Positions 48,120-61,129 of a stretch of DNA of 64,000 nt are shown in pieces. The notes under the pieces were generated by a model. That model ran no database searches, had not been told where the DNA came from, and saw nothing but the letters and a program-made list of their open reading frames with translations. The stretch is from Podarcis filfolensis (Eukaryota). The number at the start of each line of letters is the position of its first letter. Positions within the stretch are counted from its first letter, which is position 1. The position numbers were made by a program, and so were the translations under genes. The stretch lies in NCBI GenBank assembly GCA_964270895.1, contig OZ185435.1. One strand, 5' to 3'.

Positions 48120-48627
48120 ATTAATTTTATTATTTATACCCCACCCATCTGACTAGGTTGCCCCAGCCACTCTGAGTGGCTTCCAAAATATTTATTTATT
48201 TCATTTATATACCGCATTTTTCTTCCAAGGATCTCAAGGTGGTGTACATGGTTTCCCTCTCTCCCAATTCATCCTCACAACAATTCTGTGAGGTAGTTTA
48301 GGCTAAGAGATGTTGACTGGCCCAAGGTCACCCAGTGGGCTTCATGGATGAGTGGCGATTCAAACCCTGGTCTCCTAGGTGCTAGTCCAACACTCTAGCC
48401 ATTACATCTCACTGACTCTGGAAAGAAAAGCTGCCAGCGATATTGTGATGCCAGTTGGACTATAACTGGGGAATGCCCACTTAGCTATGGAATTTACTGG
48501 ATGACCTTAGGCTGTGTACTATCTCTCAGCCTCACCCACCTTGCAGGGATGTTGTAAGGGAAAGCTGGAGCAAGAGATGCTTCCTTGAGCAGCCTGGAGA
48601 AAGGAGAAGATAAAAATGAAACAAATA
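48120..48627. mobile_element. Cluster: L2 3' end (minus), MIR-like/Squam3 SINE (minus, 48190-48419) and a second SINE (plus, 48430-48627)
   Basis: tttataccccacccatctgactagg; ggcccaaggtcacccag...gattcaaaccctgg; ctggatgaccttaggc...ctctcagcctcacccacctt. Confidence 0.8.
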
Positions 48628-49074
48628 CCCTACGTACCAATCACTGATAATCCTGCTTCATGTGGAAAATAGGAGTCTTGCTTCAATCCTATGCACATCC
48701 AGTAAATGCCATGCAGAAAAACAACCTTGCAGCAAGAGTGTGGCAAGGTTACAGACCAACATTATTGAAGTCTGGGTTTACTTTACACTGAAAATGATCC
48801 AATTATTTTAGGATGCTCTGACTCGATATACATGAGTAATGTGTTTTCCAGGAAACCCACACAATGAAGATGTATGCAGGTAAGAAGGTTGCGGCTGCCA
48901 GCTCAATTTCTGATTGAGACTGCCAAAGTTTTGAGGCTTGAATATCCTTGCATTTAGTCACGGCCTTACAGACCGCCCCCCACCCGTATTCTCAATGTGT
49001 TGAACAGCACAGTTCTCTGTAAAGGTCGTCCTTTCTTGCAGTGTTATGCCTGCATTACTACAGTATTTTGGTTG

Positions 49075-49545
49075 CTCCTTAAATTATGAGAAGAGAAGCA
49101 ATTATGCGACCACTCCTAAAGAAGACCTCATTGAACCCAGATGTTTACAATAACTACCACCTGCAAAAAATTCCCCTTCTTTGGGCAAGATGTTTTAGGA
49201 AGATACTAGTTTTCTGGACCCATTCCAGTCTGGGCTCAGGCCCAGGTTTAGGTTGGAATTCACCTTGATCACTTGGCAGATTATGCTTATTGGGAAAGGG
49301 ACAGCAAGGCTGCCACCAAGTTACTCTTGCTTGATTTCTCAGTGACTTTTGACACCATTGTCCATGGTGTCCTCCTGCATTGGTTCCTGGGCCAGTTCCA
49401 GAGAGTAATATTGGGTAATTGTGCCTCAGACCCCTGGCAGTTACAACCTAGACTGATGCCTGGATGCAGTGGTGGACTGGATAAGGGCCAGTAAACTGAA
49501 ACTGAATCCTGATAAGACAGAGGCACTGGGGTGGGTGGTTCATTT
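49075..49545 (+). mobile_element. Decayed L2 RT fragment
   Basis: EAIMRPLLKKTSLNPDVYNNY; ERDSKAATKLLLLDFSVTFDTIVHG; CLDAVVDWIRASKLKLNPDKTE. Confidence 0.9.
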
Positions 49546-50018
49546 ATGTAATTTGAAAATCTGTTTCCAGGACAAAGTATAGTTTCTTTTATAGCAAAAT
49601 CTTGGATGTGATCACACACAGAGATTCCAGATCAAAGCTGTATCTTAACCTTGTTCATCAGGGAGGTCAAAAGGAAATTATAAAGCCTTTGAATTTCTCC
49701 CTTCTGAGATGCATTACTTTATGTTCCCTGTAAAAGTCCCCTACCCCTCCACCATTTTCATCTAAAATCATTAAAGCATTTTAGAAGCTCGGAAATGACA
49801 GACTAATGGCTTTGCTTACTTACTTTATTCAAATATCAATAATTACGCATGTTGCCCTTTGAATAAAGAGGGCAAGGGGATAAATTGTTTGGAACACTGA
49901 AATTAGGGTCGAATCATTTGGCTAACTCACTGTGCCTACCTTCCAGCATCAGTCTGCATGTTCTTGTGTAATCGTAATTAAATTTATGGGGACTTTCTGT
50001 TTCATACAGATATTATTT

Positions 50019-50416
50019 CAGGGGTTGAGAACCTCAGGCCTTGGATTGGATGGGGCCCTACATGCGTTTCTCTCAGACCTTTGGGACTCTCTCTCAGCTG
50101 CTCCCCTTTTGCTCAGGTTACACACCTCACAGACCCTCCTCAGGTGCTTTTCCCTGTCTGGAATATGACAGTGCCTCTTGCTTGCCTGAGTGTGGAGAGA
50201 AAGATGTGTGGGTATGAGTATGCCTGGAAACCACTTACCTTGGTGTGACTGGGATGTAGCCTACTTTACAGAGGAAAGAATTCAACACAGGTAAGAATAT
50301 CATCCATTGCTGCCCACTTTGGTTCTGCCTGTCTTTGTTTAAGTTCCCACCCACCACAGACATCCGAGAGCCCCTTGGTATACAGGATTTGGGCTGAAAA
50401 GGGTTCCCCATCCCTT
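50019..50416. mobile_element. Non-autonomous hAT-like element
   Basis: caggggttgagaacctc...gggttccccatccc; same family as 34513-34840. Confidence 0.6.
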
Positions 50417-50791
50417 CTTTATACTGTAGCTGTAAGTCTTTCGAGAATCACATTTACAAACTGCAGGAATGGTAAACCTGCTTGGAAATAGCTTCGTTTC
50501 CACCTGAGCGTTTAAAAAAATGCTTTTGCTTCAACCAGACGTCAACAGTTAATTATAGGCATGGATCATAATTTTTCATGCCACCGATCAACCTACTTAG
50601 AATTCTAGTATGTGAAAAACTGCCTGCTGTGGTTAACCCAAACATCTGACATGAGCAGAAATGCAGGTTGGTTTGGACAAATTCTAAAAGCAATGCAGCC
50701 TGTGTGCAGCATCATTATGCATCTGATATAATGTTTGGACAAGGCCTACATGCCTTGTTTGAGCTATGTGGTTCTTATACTCATAAGATAT

Positions 50792-51135
50792 CAGATCCTC
50801 CAAGTGTCCCTATTTTCCAGGGACATCCCTCATTTAGAGAAGCTGTCATGGTTTCTGATTTGATCCTGGGTTGTCCCACTTTTCTTTAGGATGTCCCTAT
50901 TTTCATTGGAGAAATGTTGGGGGGTATAGAGTTATCTGACGCCCAAGCTGTTTGAAGGCAATCCTGTATAGGGAAGTTTTTGTTAATGTTTAACGGTTTA
51001 TTATGTTTATATATATATTGAAAGCTGCCCAGAGTGGCTGGGGCAACCCAGTAAGATGTGTCGGGTATAAATAGTAAAATGATCATTATGGAATGGGTTG
51101 TTCCTATTTTCATCAGAGAAATGTTGGAGCATATG
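50792..51135. mobile_element. Composite MITE carrying an internal L2 3' end
   Basis: Repeated gtccctattttc...ggagaaatgttgg motifs flank an L2 terminus (gaaagctgcccagagtggctggggcaacccag...gggtataaata). Confidence 0.7.
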
Positions 51136-53857
51136 ATATATACGAACTAACTGTTTAATCCAGGCCTGTGAATGATGAATAATATTTGTGAAGGCCCTGC
51201 CTGAGTAATGTCCAAAGAGATGAGCATCTATCTTGGTGGTGGGGCAAGCACATTGGCTAAGTGGCCCGGGCTGCTGCAGTTCCGCCATTATTGTCTTGAC
51301 ATGCCGATCCATTTCATCTGAACTGGTTGTGCACCTGGGGACAGGGCGAGCTGTACATGGGGGCAGCGCTGCCTGTGGTGAGCGTCCCAGGGGGGTGCCA
51401 TGGCAAGCAGTGAGCGTCCCAGGAAGGCGCTGCCCGTGGCAATGTCACCCCCCCCCCAGGGATGACACCCAGGGTGGACCACACAGCCCTTCCTCTGCCG
51501 GTGCCCTCCCTTATGAATTTCTGCCACTTGGTGAAAACTTTTTATTTTATTTTAGCAGCCGTTTTAAGTAAGTTTTTCTGATCTTATGGCTACTTTTAAC
51601 CAATGTTTATTTAGGCTGTAACCTGTTTAGAAACTACCGTATGAAGCAGTACAGAAATTATTTAAAAAATAAATACTTTTGTCACGCTTATGTGGGTGTA
51701 CTTGGACTTCTGATTCAGGTCCCAGCATTTTGGACCATCACTGAGATCAGGCATGCACTAGTTTAAAATAACAGGCCAAAATTTTATTGAACCACAGATG
51801 GGTGGCATAGCGAGAGTGCAGGCCACAAGCTGTTATAGTCTTTTTCTCCCATGAGAGGAAATGGCTCCACGATGCAACCCCCCCCCCGACTTATGCATGA
51901 TAAAAAATTATTCCTTTATTAAAAGGAATTGCCATTTCTCTATAATACAGTTTGCACAGTGCCAATCTGCAGTTCATATGAATTCTATGTATGGAATTGG
52001 TTATGGATGTTTGCTTCAGTTTTCTTAGTATTTTTTTTACAAATAATTACACCAGGAGGCTAGTTTTTATTTGCTTTCTCGTTTCATGCCTTCAGTTGTG
52101 TAGGGCAGTTAAACAAACAACAACAACAAATTCAACCTTTTTTTTTTTATAAGAGCCAAACTTTCCTTGGAAAACCTTGGTAATGGTTCTACATTTTATG
52201 ATTGCCACAAAACTCCCATCAAAATGTGTGCTGCTATTGCTGTTGCTTTGGGAAGTACATAGCCAGTCTTAGAAACTATTTATGAGTCAACTTAAACCAT
52301 CTACTGCAAAGGTAGGTGGCATTTGTCATGGTCATTTAAGACTTAGCCCATTTATATCTTTGAACATTAAGTCTCTGCCAAGAGGCTCAAGAACTTTTAG
52401 CTGTCTAGGAGCCTGACCTATTTGACAGTGAGGTGGGGCTGTCTAGAGCACACTATCTATTTCTAATGCACTCAGGTCCTGGTAGTATTGATCACAACAG
52501 CCAGAATAGAGCTCCCGCAATTAGCTGGCCTCCTCTAGACTGACTCTTACACCTGATTCAGCAGGCAGTTTAATTTAGGACCTGATGCTGTGCAGTAATC
52601 TCTCTCTCTCTCTAAAGTGCACAGTGTAAGTTGTGAGGAGAATACTTGGAGCTCAAGGCTGGGGGCAAAGTATAGTAGCACTCCTTGGCGGAGGGTGGGT
52701 GAGGGTGAAATGAAGGAGAAGATAAACATAAGAGGCTGAAATAGTGCAAGGGAATGTGCTTGCCATGGAAATGAGATTCATTTTTCCTTTGTACACAGAA
52801 GGTAGCAGCACACCTTGAAAATTATTGGGAGGGGGCACAGAAGGGGCAGAGTACATGGGTGGGATATTTATTCAGAAAGAGAAACAATAGGATTGCCATG
52901 AAAAGTTGGAAAGTTAGAGGTTTAACTGTAGAAAATTGGAAAACTGTCCTTTTCTTACTCTTAGACCCAAGTGTTCCTTCTTTTTTTCCTTAGTGCTCTT
53001 TATTTGACCCACACTTGATATTCTAGAGCAGTGGTTCCCAAACCCTGTGGATGATATGCAAAATGAACAGAAAGGGATGCTTAATTGAGAAAACAAAAGG
53101 CACATTTGAGAGTCTAGAAGTTCATGTTTCACTGTTAAACTGTGAGACCCAGGAAGCACTTTATGCTCTCATTTGATGAATGTTGCACTCACTGCAGAAA
53201 ACCTGTCTCACAAGATATTGGAAATGTTCCTGCAAACACTGCAGTATTTTTGGACTTTTTAAAATGGTGCAGTTGGTGGTTTTGTTGCTTAAAAATACAT
53301 TTTTCAAACAGCCCATCTAGAAAGCTTAACTGCTCTAGAAAATAGTACTGCACCTCCATTATTATCTACTCTTTTCTTTTATTCTGCTGCTGTTAAAAAT
53401 TGAAGCAGGTTTCATTTCAAGGATGTGACTAGTAAATCTCAGATATCCATATCTGGCATAGCTTCTGGAGGTTTACTGGAATCCCCATACCCAATGTTTA
53501 GATCTCATAGGTACAGTGCAGAGACCTTTGTCATTGCCACATTTATGGAAGCTTCTTACATTAAAAAAGCAATCATGATGGAAATTGGTCTGTTGTCTTT
53601 TACTAGCCTAGATTTATGAAACCAAAGAGCAATACCATTTAACTGGGAGAAATTAACGGATAGTACTTTTCAGCTTTCAAATCCATACCAGGTGAGGAGA
53701 TACTAGCTATGCTTCATATGTTTTGCTCAACAAGGTGAATCTGAAATTGTGGAACCATAATGGGCAAAGTTCAGGCAAAGTTAAGTCCCACTGACATCAG
53801 TGGGACGAATTTACACTTGTGCATTAACTCTACCATTCAACTCACTTTGGTCAGATT

Positions 53858-54187
53858 CAGGCCTGTGTAGTAGGTACTTGTCTGAGGCCCCGGGTGGGAG
53901 TCTTGTTCTTAGCATGACAGCATAAGTGCTGGCGGGGGCCCCTAAGCCAGTGGCGTAGCGTGGGTTGTCAGCACCCGGGGCAAGGCAAGTAATTTGCACC
54001 CCCTAACCTGGGGATTTGCGCCCCCTAACCCGTGGATTTGCGCCCCCTAACCTTAACCCCCAGATGTTGCGCCCGGTGCGGCCGGCCCCCCCTGCACCCC
54101 CCACGCTACGCCACTGCCCTAAGCAACTTAGCCCTCCAAGGCCCAGGGCAAGTGCATCTGGCTGCCCACCCCCACTGCATGGGCCTG
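53858..54187. mobile_element. Older hAT MITE (host of nested element), TSD gtcagatt/gtcagagt
   Basis: TIR caggcctgtgtagt / actgcatgggcctg; TSD 7/8. Confidence 0.8.
53948..54116. mobile_element. Very young hAT MITE, perfect 17-bp TIR, TSD CCCTAAGC
   Basis: cagtggcgtagcgtggg / cccacgctacgccactg; TSD at 53940-53947 and 54117-54124; three 22-bp internal repeats. Confidence 0.95.
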
Positions 54188-55053
54188 GTCAGAGTGTGCC
54201 AAAGTGTGTGACTACTTGCCAAAGGGGAAATGATCCCAGTAACATTAGTACTTAAGAGACACATCAAATAAACAAAACCGTGCAGATCTAGGGACCGTGA
54301 TAAACTGAACTAAAGACCAAATCCAGACTGAAGCATGTCAAAAACTTTAAAACCAGTGAACAAGCTGATTGACGGCTGCAGGCAAAAAGTAGAAGGTTTT
54401 TTGAAATGAGCACACGGCAGGGAGATGCTTGTATTATGAGGAAAGATATTGCATGTCACTTATTAAAAATAAAACACTTTCCCAGCTTATTTTAACTCTG
54501 TAAGGGGGAAAACGTTAGCATACATGCACATCATTTCATGTTTAAGTGTGTATATGCTTATATAAGAGTATGCTTGGTTATAAGTAGCATCCATCCAATT
54601 ATTTATGTAGTTCTGATAATATATCTAAAATCTATACATGACACTTTTACAAATACTGCAACTAAAAAAATTTTTTTAGCTGGGATGCCTAACTGCCTTT
54701 GCATTTCCCAGTGTCACCATTAGATATTAGATAATGTATGTTGGACTTTTCCTTAAATGGCAACTTTGGAGAAGACCCAAATGGCTTTATGCCTAATAGA
54801 GTGAACATCCATCCCCAGAAATTTGGCTGATTAAGTCATATAATGGTTAATCTGAATTCTCTCAAAACAGCAAAATACTGAACATGCATGTGAAAAGCAA
54901 CCTTTTGCAAGCCTATGGAGCTTGGCAAAGAAGGAAAAGTGGCATTTGAGAGGGCTGGCACAAGTCATTGTCAGCTGAAGAATTCAATTTGTCCCACAGT
55001 CTTCCTTGAGAAATTGAATTGAATGCAGCTTTCACATCAATGAAACATGCATG

Positions 55054-55250
55054 CAGTGGTACCTCGGGTTACAGACACTTCAGGTTACAGACGCTTCAGG
55101 TTACAGACTCCGCTAACCCAGAAATAGTACCTCGGGTTAAGAACTTTGCTTCAGGATGATAACAGAAATTGCGCAGCGGCAGCGGGAGGCCCCATTAGCT
55201 AAAGTGGTACCTCAGATTAAGAACAGAGCTCCACAACAAATTAACCACCA
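55054..55250. mobile_element. Second Tc1/mariner MITE copy, 3'-degraded
   Basis: Near-identical to 16702-16943 over most of its length. Confidence 0.9.
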
Positions 55251-56327
55251 GGTTTCTTAGCATATTAGATGGGCTAGTACAAAACAGTGGTATATGGTGG
55301 ATCTACCTTGTCTACGATCTGAGGTGAAACCAGAGTATACCTTGTCTAAATTCTGGCTGCTTGTCGGCACAGATAGCTTCATCAGTTAACCAGCCCACCA
55401 ACCTATTATGGAGCTGTTTTGCATATAATTCGCTAATTGTAGATAGCAGACTGATTCGATGATAGTTAGCTGGGTCAGATGTTGAACCCCTTTTAAATAT
55501 AGGGATAATTATAGCTGTGACCTAGACATCAGGCATTATTCCCGACTAGTCAATTAATGAAAATAACTGCCAACAGGGCAGCCCACCAGTTGGTGTGAGA
55601 TTTTAGTAGGTCTGGGAGCAGGTAGTCTCTGCCTGGTGCTTTATTACTTTTTATTACTTTTTAACTGTGAGATGAGGTTCTTGGCCTGGGTTATGGAAAC
55701 AAGAGGTCAGTGTGGTAAATATTCTGTTATTTGATTGGCCTCATCATCGTGAACAAAGTAAAGTGAGTAGTAATATTGCATCCATTCCTTGGGTCCGATA
55801 GTGCACGGGGTGGGGTGGGGGGCATTATATGCACTCTCTAGAAAACCTGATATTGTGCGCCAGAAAAAGCAAGTGTCCTTATCATAAGAGGCCTTTATTA
55901 GAGTTGACTCTTTTATTTATATATTTATTTGTATTAGTTTTTTAATTTGTATATTAGCTCTTTGATTTTTATAGTTGTAAACTTTCAGAACCCATTTTGA
56001 GTAGCAACCATCTAGCTACATCTGTATTTTATTGTATTTGAGTCCTCTGCTATGGCTTGTGACTGACACAAATAAAGATTTTAGCTAAAACTATTGACCA
56101 CTCTCTCCATAGATGTTCATCAGAATTCAGCACTGTGTATCCTACAAGTGTGCTCGATTTAAAATACAGTAAGGAGCGTTAAACAAGCCAAGTGACATAT
56201 GAACCCAATCTTATTCTTTTGTAAATTACAAAACATAAGCTCTTTGCATAACATTTGCATGCTTTTAAATCAAGATAATTAACATTTAATTTAATAGCAA
56301 TTCATATCCCATCGTTTCTCCAAGGAC

Positions 56328-56457
56328 NNNNNNNNNNNNNNNNNNNNNNNNNNNNNNNNNNNNNNNNNNNNNNNNNNNNNNNNNNNNNNNNNNNNNNNNN
56401 NNNNNNNNNNNNNNNNNNNNNNNNNNNNNNNNNNNNNNNNNNNNNNNNNNNNNNNNN
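56328..56457. other. Assembly gap (130 N) inside a minus-strand Squam3-like SINE
   Basis: N run; both flanks (tctccaaggac and gagatgtgccc...gagtggggatttgaatc) match the SINE at 48190-48419. Confidence 0.95.
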
Positions 56458-57357
56458 GAGATGTGCCCACGGTTATCCAGTGAGCTTCATCATAGCTGAG
56501 TGGGGATTTGAATCTAGGTCTTCATGGTCTTAAAACTACACCACACTGTCTCTTATTTGAGATAGCTTGCACTACATATGATTGAACAAACCAAGCATAG
56601 ACTTCCAACCACATAATTGGGGCTACCAGGTGCCTATTCTGTTGTTGTTGTTGTTGATGATGATGCCTTTGTGAAACTGCCAAAACGGGGGCAACTGGAA
56701 GCACCAGCACACCACTACATGTGGTTGGTGGGCTGTACTCAACTCAGTGGGCCCGCTGTGGAGGTCTTGAGACTTAAACAGAGCCATTGAGATAGGGCTG
56801 CACAGTAGATTTGGCTGCACAGTTTGCAGCATAATTTTTAGAGGACATTATAAACATTAACAAATTGATTGAACCCTCACAGCATGCATCTGGAGTACGT
56901 AGCAGGTGGACAGGCAAGCAATTATATACCTTTATCCCCTTTTTCAAATCATGTAAAGCTAAGCCAAAATCAGCCATCCGGTCTATTGTAAATTTCAAAG
57001 GATGTGTTGTAAGCAGGATTCAAACTTGATCATTACTGTTCTCCACTTCAGTGGCTTGCTGAAATAGACGTCTGCATTCCATGAATTTGTTCATTAGTTC
57101 TAGCAGGGTGCTGTCTCCAAGGTCTCCACAGAATAGTGCCTTTCACAAAGTAAAAGAGAGGAAGGAAATTGCATCAGTAAGGAAAGGTACTTGTGTACTA
57201 CCTCTGCACATAATTTGGACTGTTAATTCTTGTTCAGTTTTGAATCAAAGGAAAAAATAGGCTACTACACTTGGCACTTGTTCATCTGGGACATTTTGCT
57301 GTGTGACTAAGGGCCACAGCACAATATAGTAACTGCACCATTTCTGCATGGGAGATT

Positions 57358-57413
<56 letters not shown>

Positions 57414-57414
57414 G
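57358..57414. repeat. Compound (TAGA)n(CAGA)n microsatellite
   Basis: Seen directly. Confidence 0.95.
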
Positions 57415-58321
57415 ACAAAGGAGAAAGTCACAACTGGAATATTCGCTTTAGCTTCATTGAGATGGACAAGACTTGCAGGAAAGTGGGGCTGCAGATGAAT
57501 TATCACAGTTGAGAAATCCCAGAGCAATTATGAGCTGACCCAACCCTCTTCTAAATTAATTCTCTCCTTGGCTTGCAAAAGGCTCAGAGCAAGCCCACCC
57601 ATCTGCCAAGTTCTCTCCCCTTACATTTCCCAAATTTACCAGCTTCTCTGGGGAGGGGAAGTGAGGGCAGAGGTGGAAAAATTTCAGCCAAGCTTAAAAT
57701 GGAGGGCTACTTTAAAGTCATTTAGACATTGACAAAGTAAAATCTGATTCATTGTTCACAAGAAGGAGTAATGTATTTTTAAAAATAACACTACAGTTTT
57801 AGTCTTTAAACCAGTGAGGGTGGGTTTTTTTCTATGTAAAAAAGAAAGATGTGCTGACACTCATAGATTGATAGAAGTGCTGTGGGTATCAGTGCAAATA
57901 GTTGCTGGGGACGAGAGGTGCTGGTAGTTTGCGCCGGTGAATACTGTGACAGAAAAAAATCCTGCTCTAAACTGTTCCTCACTCTGAGATTTCTGAGCAT
58001 CATTGGAGTCTTCATTGGCTTCTTGGGGAAGTGTAGTTTCAATAGAACCTGGGGTAGCAGAGCAGTGCGGCAGATCCACCATTCCAATAGTAGTGTTACT
58101 GCTGCTTATCAGGGGAAGGTAGCAGTGAGGTCAGGGCTACATGGCCACACTGGTGAAGCCAATTTCCCAACACTGTGCCCACACACCTCCAACCACACCC
58201 TTACCCTCCACACCTCCCAAGTAAGTGGCAATGAGACCACTGTTGGAAGGGTCGCTGCATGGGACCATCCAAGCATGCTGGCTACTCCTGGTACTTCTTG
58301 TTGCTCCTGATTAATTTATTA

Positions 58322-58447
58322 CAGGGGTGGGGAAACCTGCAGCCCTGTAGAAATTGTTGGACTCCACTTCCTATCATTCCTGATCATTGGTTGTGCTGGC
58401 TGAGGCTGATAGGAGTTTTAACTACAGCATCTGGTGAGCCATTCCTG
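58322..58447. mobile_element. hAT MITE, TSD atttatta/atttacta
   Basis: caggggtggggaaacct...attcctg; same family as 7030-7164. Confidence 0.75.
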
Positions 58448-59839
58448 ATTTACTAGAGAACCATGCCTCCTTTCAGTGCTCATCCCATTTTCCTTCTTTT
58501 AAATTTCTGCAGCTGCTGGATTAGTGTCTGACATTTACCTAGTAGTAATATGCTAACATTTAAAACTTTTAAACCCCAATACTTAGTGATGGATAAGCTT
58601 AGCTTGACTCATTTCTCTGATTTTCTCAGGAGCAGCTTTGTGCTAGTTCCCATTGTACATTCATTCATTCATTCATTCAGGGAGGTAGCAGCACCTCATC
58701 TACAACATGAAGCCGGAGAGTCGGAAAGATGCATTTCCCATAGAGCTGGAAACTCCTCCAGGGTGAATGAATAACACACCTTTTAGTGAGGCATATGATT
58801 TTATATGTGCATGGAAACAGGAGAGGTTCAGAAATGCTTGATTGTTTAATGCACCCTTTGTTCAGTTGGGGTTGAATGCATTGGCCTCTGTTTCTTTGCG
58901 AAAGGCAAGTGCTTTCAAAACTGAAAGTTTCCCTCCAGTAAAAATAATATTGCCAAACTTGTGGTCAGCTCTCTGTGGAGGAACTCTAGAGCTTCCCTCT
59001 CTAGAGGCTTATAGCCCACACATTCTTCTGGTGCTGTGGCACCATGCAAGTGACCCCTAGGCCCATGTGTTCCTTGTGTAGCCCTGTCTGTCAATATCTT
59101 TCCCACTCGTGCGTGCTGCCTACTCCCTTCACAGTGGAGGTCATTTGGCAGAGTGGAATGGAAACGCATGAGCTGCGGTTAGCTTTAATTTCCCATGTGG
59201 GTTTTCTTGTGGGTTTGTCAGAGAATGATAACACAGAGAGCACTGAGCCACTAAGCAAATTCCACCAGCAGGTGATTCTGTGAATGAAAATAGCCATGGG
59301 GTGATGGGGATAGCACTTTAGGCTTAAAAGTCTTTTTTATAGTACACTTTGAGCCATGTGGGACATTTTTGCAGATACCCTAATTTAAGCCATGGTGTGA
59401 CAGAAATTGGAAGTGCCTTCATAACTCAGGTCACATCATGCCTTATTCCAAATCTGAGCCAATGCAAAATGTTGCAGATCAGTAATGGCATGTTGCATAG
59501 CAAACAAATTGTTTCACATTATACTTCCCTGTATGACTCACACTCCCCCCTCCCCTGCCACAATATTTTTTTATCTGATACTGACATTTTGCATTGCCAA
59601 AGAAAAATGACAGTGGCAATATTTATCACCAAAGCTTTTTCCACACGTCTAAAATGTTAGCTTATCGTTATCAGTTTTGAGGGCAAGAGTTAGTTCTTGT
59701 GTGTAAAAATACAACTGGGGCAAAAATATATGCAAATGATCTGGATAATTTGCAGTACTCTTTGGTCTTGAGTGAAAAACAAAGTAAGAAGGAGTAAAGA
59801 GAAAAATAAGGCATCTAATGGAATTATTTTATATGCCCT

Positions 59840-59900
59840 ACTTTTAATAGTGGCATTATACACCAGCTGAAGTTTATGAGTGGTTTTCAATGGCAGCCCA
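59840..59900 (-). mobile_element. Small L2 fragment
   Basis: KTTHKLQLVYNA corresponds to L2 KT.RKLQLVQNAAA. Confidence 0.55.
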
Positions 59901-61129
59901 CATAGATGGTGCCCCAGTAGTCAAAAATGCAACTTGGCCAAGCCCAGTTGTACCTGAAATAGGCACAACTAGTGCACCATCCAAAGCTGGACAAAACCTA
60001 TTAACCCAGTTCCTATGTGGGCTATTGTGCTGATGCACTTGGCACTGTGTTTCTTTTGAAACTGCATGGTTTTAGGCTGGTATAAATATGATAATCTGTT
60101 TGTTCATAAAGCTTCTGTGTCCCCTTTGCAGCAAACTGTTCAAGGCAATAGACAATTAAACCACAAACAAACTGTTCATGACATGTAACAGACATGGTCT
60201 TGAGGGAAGCTGGTAAATGCGTTGTTTCTCCAACAGACTGGAACCTGGGCAATGAAGTCCCCACCCCACCCCAAAAGTGAATTTTTCTCCACTCCACTAA
60301 ATATCAGGTCCCTGTTGACTGCATGGATTATCAGTCACCTTGGCCCATGCAGCTCTTAGACTGTCATTAAAAAAAACTGTTTTGAAGTTATGAATACTGT
60401 TAAATTATAAATCCTTTGTTCTAAATTCATTTCTTCAGGGGGGTAGATGGTATCAAAGACAAGCTAGTGAAACGATAACTCTGTCAGATCTTTGTGTTCT
60501 TAGATTTGACAATAATAGATTTAACTAATAACATCCTTGAGGGTGGTGCCAGCATGGTTGACTTCATTTTTTTTTAACGCTGAAGGAATTAGAAGAATGA
60601 TACAAATACGATTAATGTAAGCTTTGGTCCCACTCTTATCAAATATAGATAGCATCATCTTTTAAAGCTGGAGTAATTGTTGAAATGTATTGAAGGTGTG
60701 ATGCATAATTAATAAATAACGGATAATAGCTATCTGAATGTAGACTTTGTTTTGCATTTAGGACATGAAACAAATAAATTGGCTGGCTATACTGTACAAT
60801 GACACTATGGTTCTACTACTATTTGTTCTGCACTAGTTCACACAGTATTTGAAGATTCCATTCTACTTTTTAATCAATAGATGAAACTTCTCTTGCAGTG
60901 AGCCCTTGCTAGTAAGCACCAGAAATGGAAGGAGTTCGTTTTATTGCATTCTTCTTTTGGATAGTGTGCTTTTACTGAAAGGAGGGACTGCTAGCACAGA
61001 AGAAGGCTGCCACATTTACTGTCACTTTTCAGTCAGTGCCACCACCCTTTTATGATTGCTACTGCTGCTGCAATTTATCACTCACCCTTCACCCTAACTC
61101 AATATTATTAATAAAGCACAAGATCACAC

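Noticed and set aside
57882-58310. 142-aa ORF
   Set aside because: No homology recognised; intronic, without convincing splice sites.
59895-60023. 11-bp inverted repeat agcccacatag/ctatgtgggct, 107 nt apart
   Set aside because: No TSD, no second copy seen; too weak to call a MITE or an RNA hairpin.
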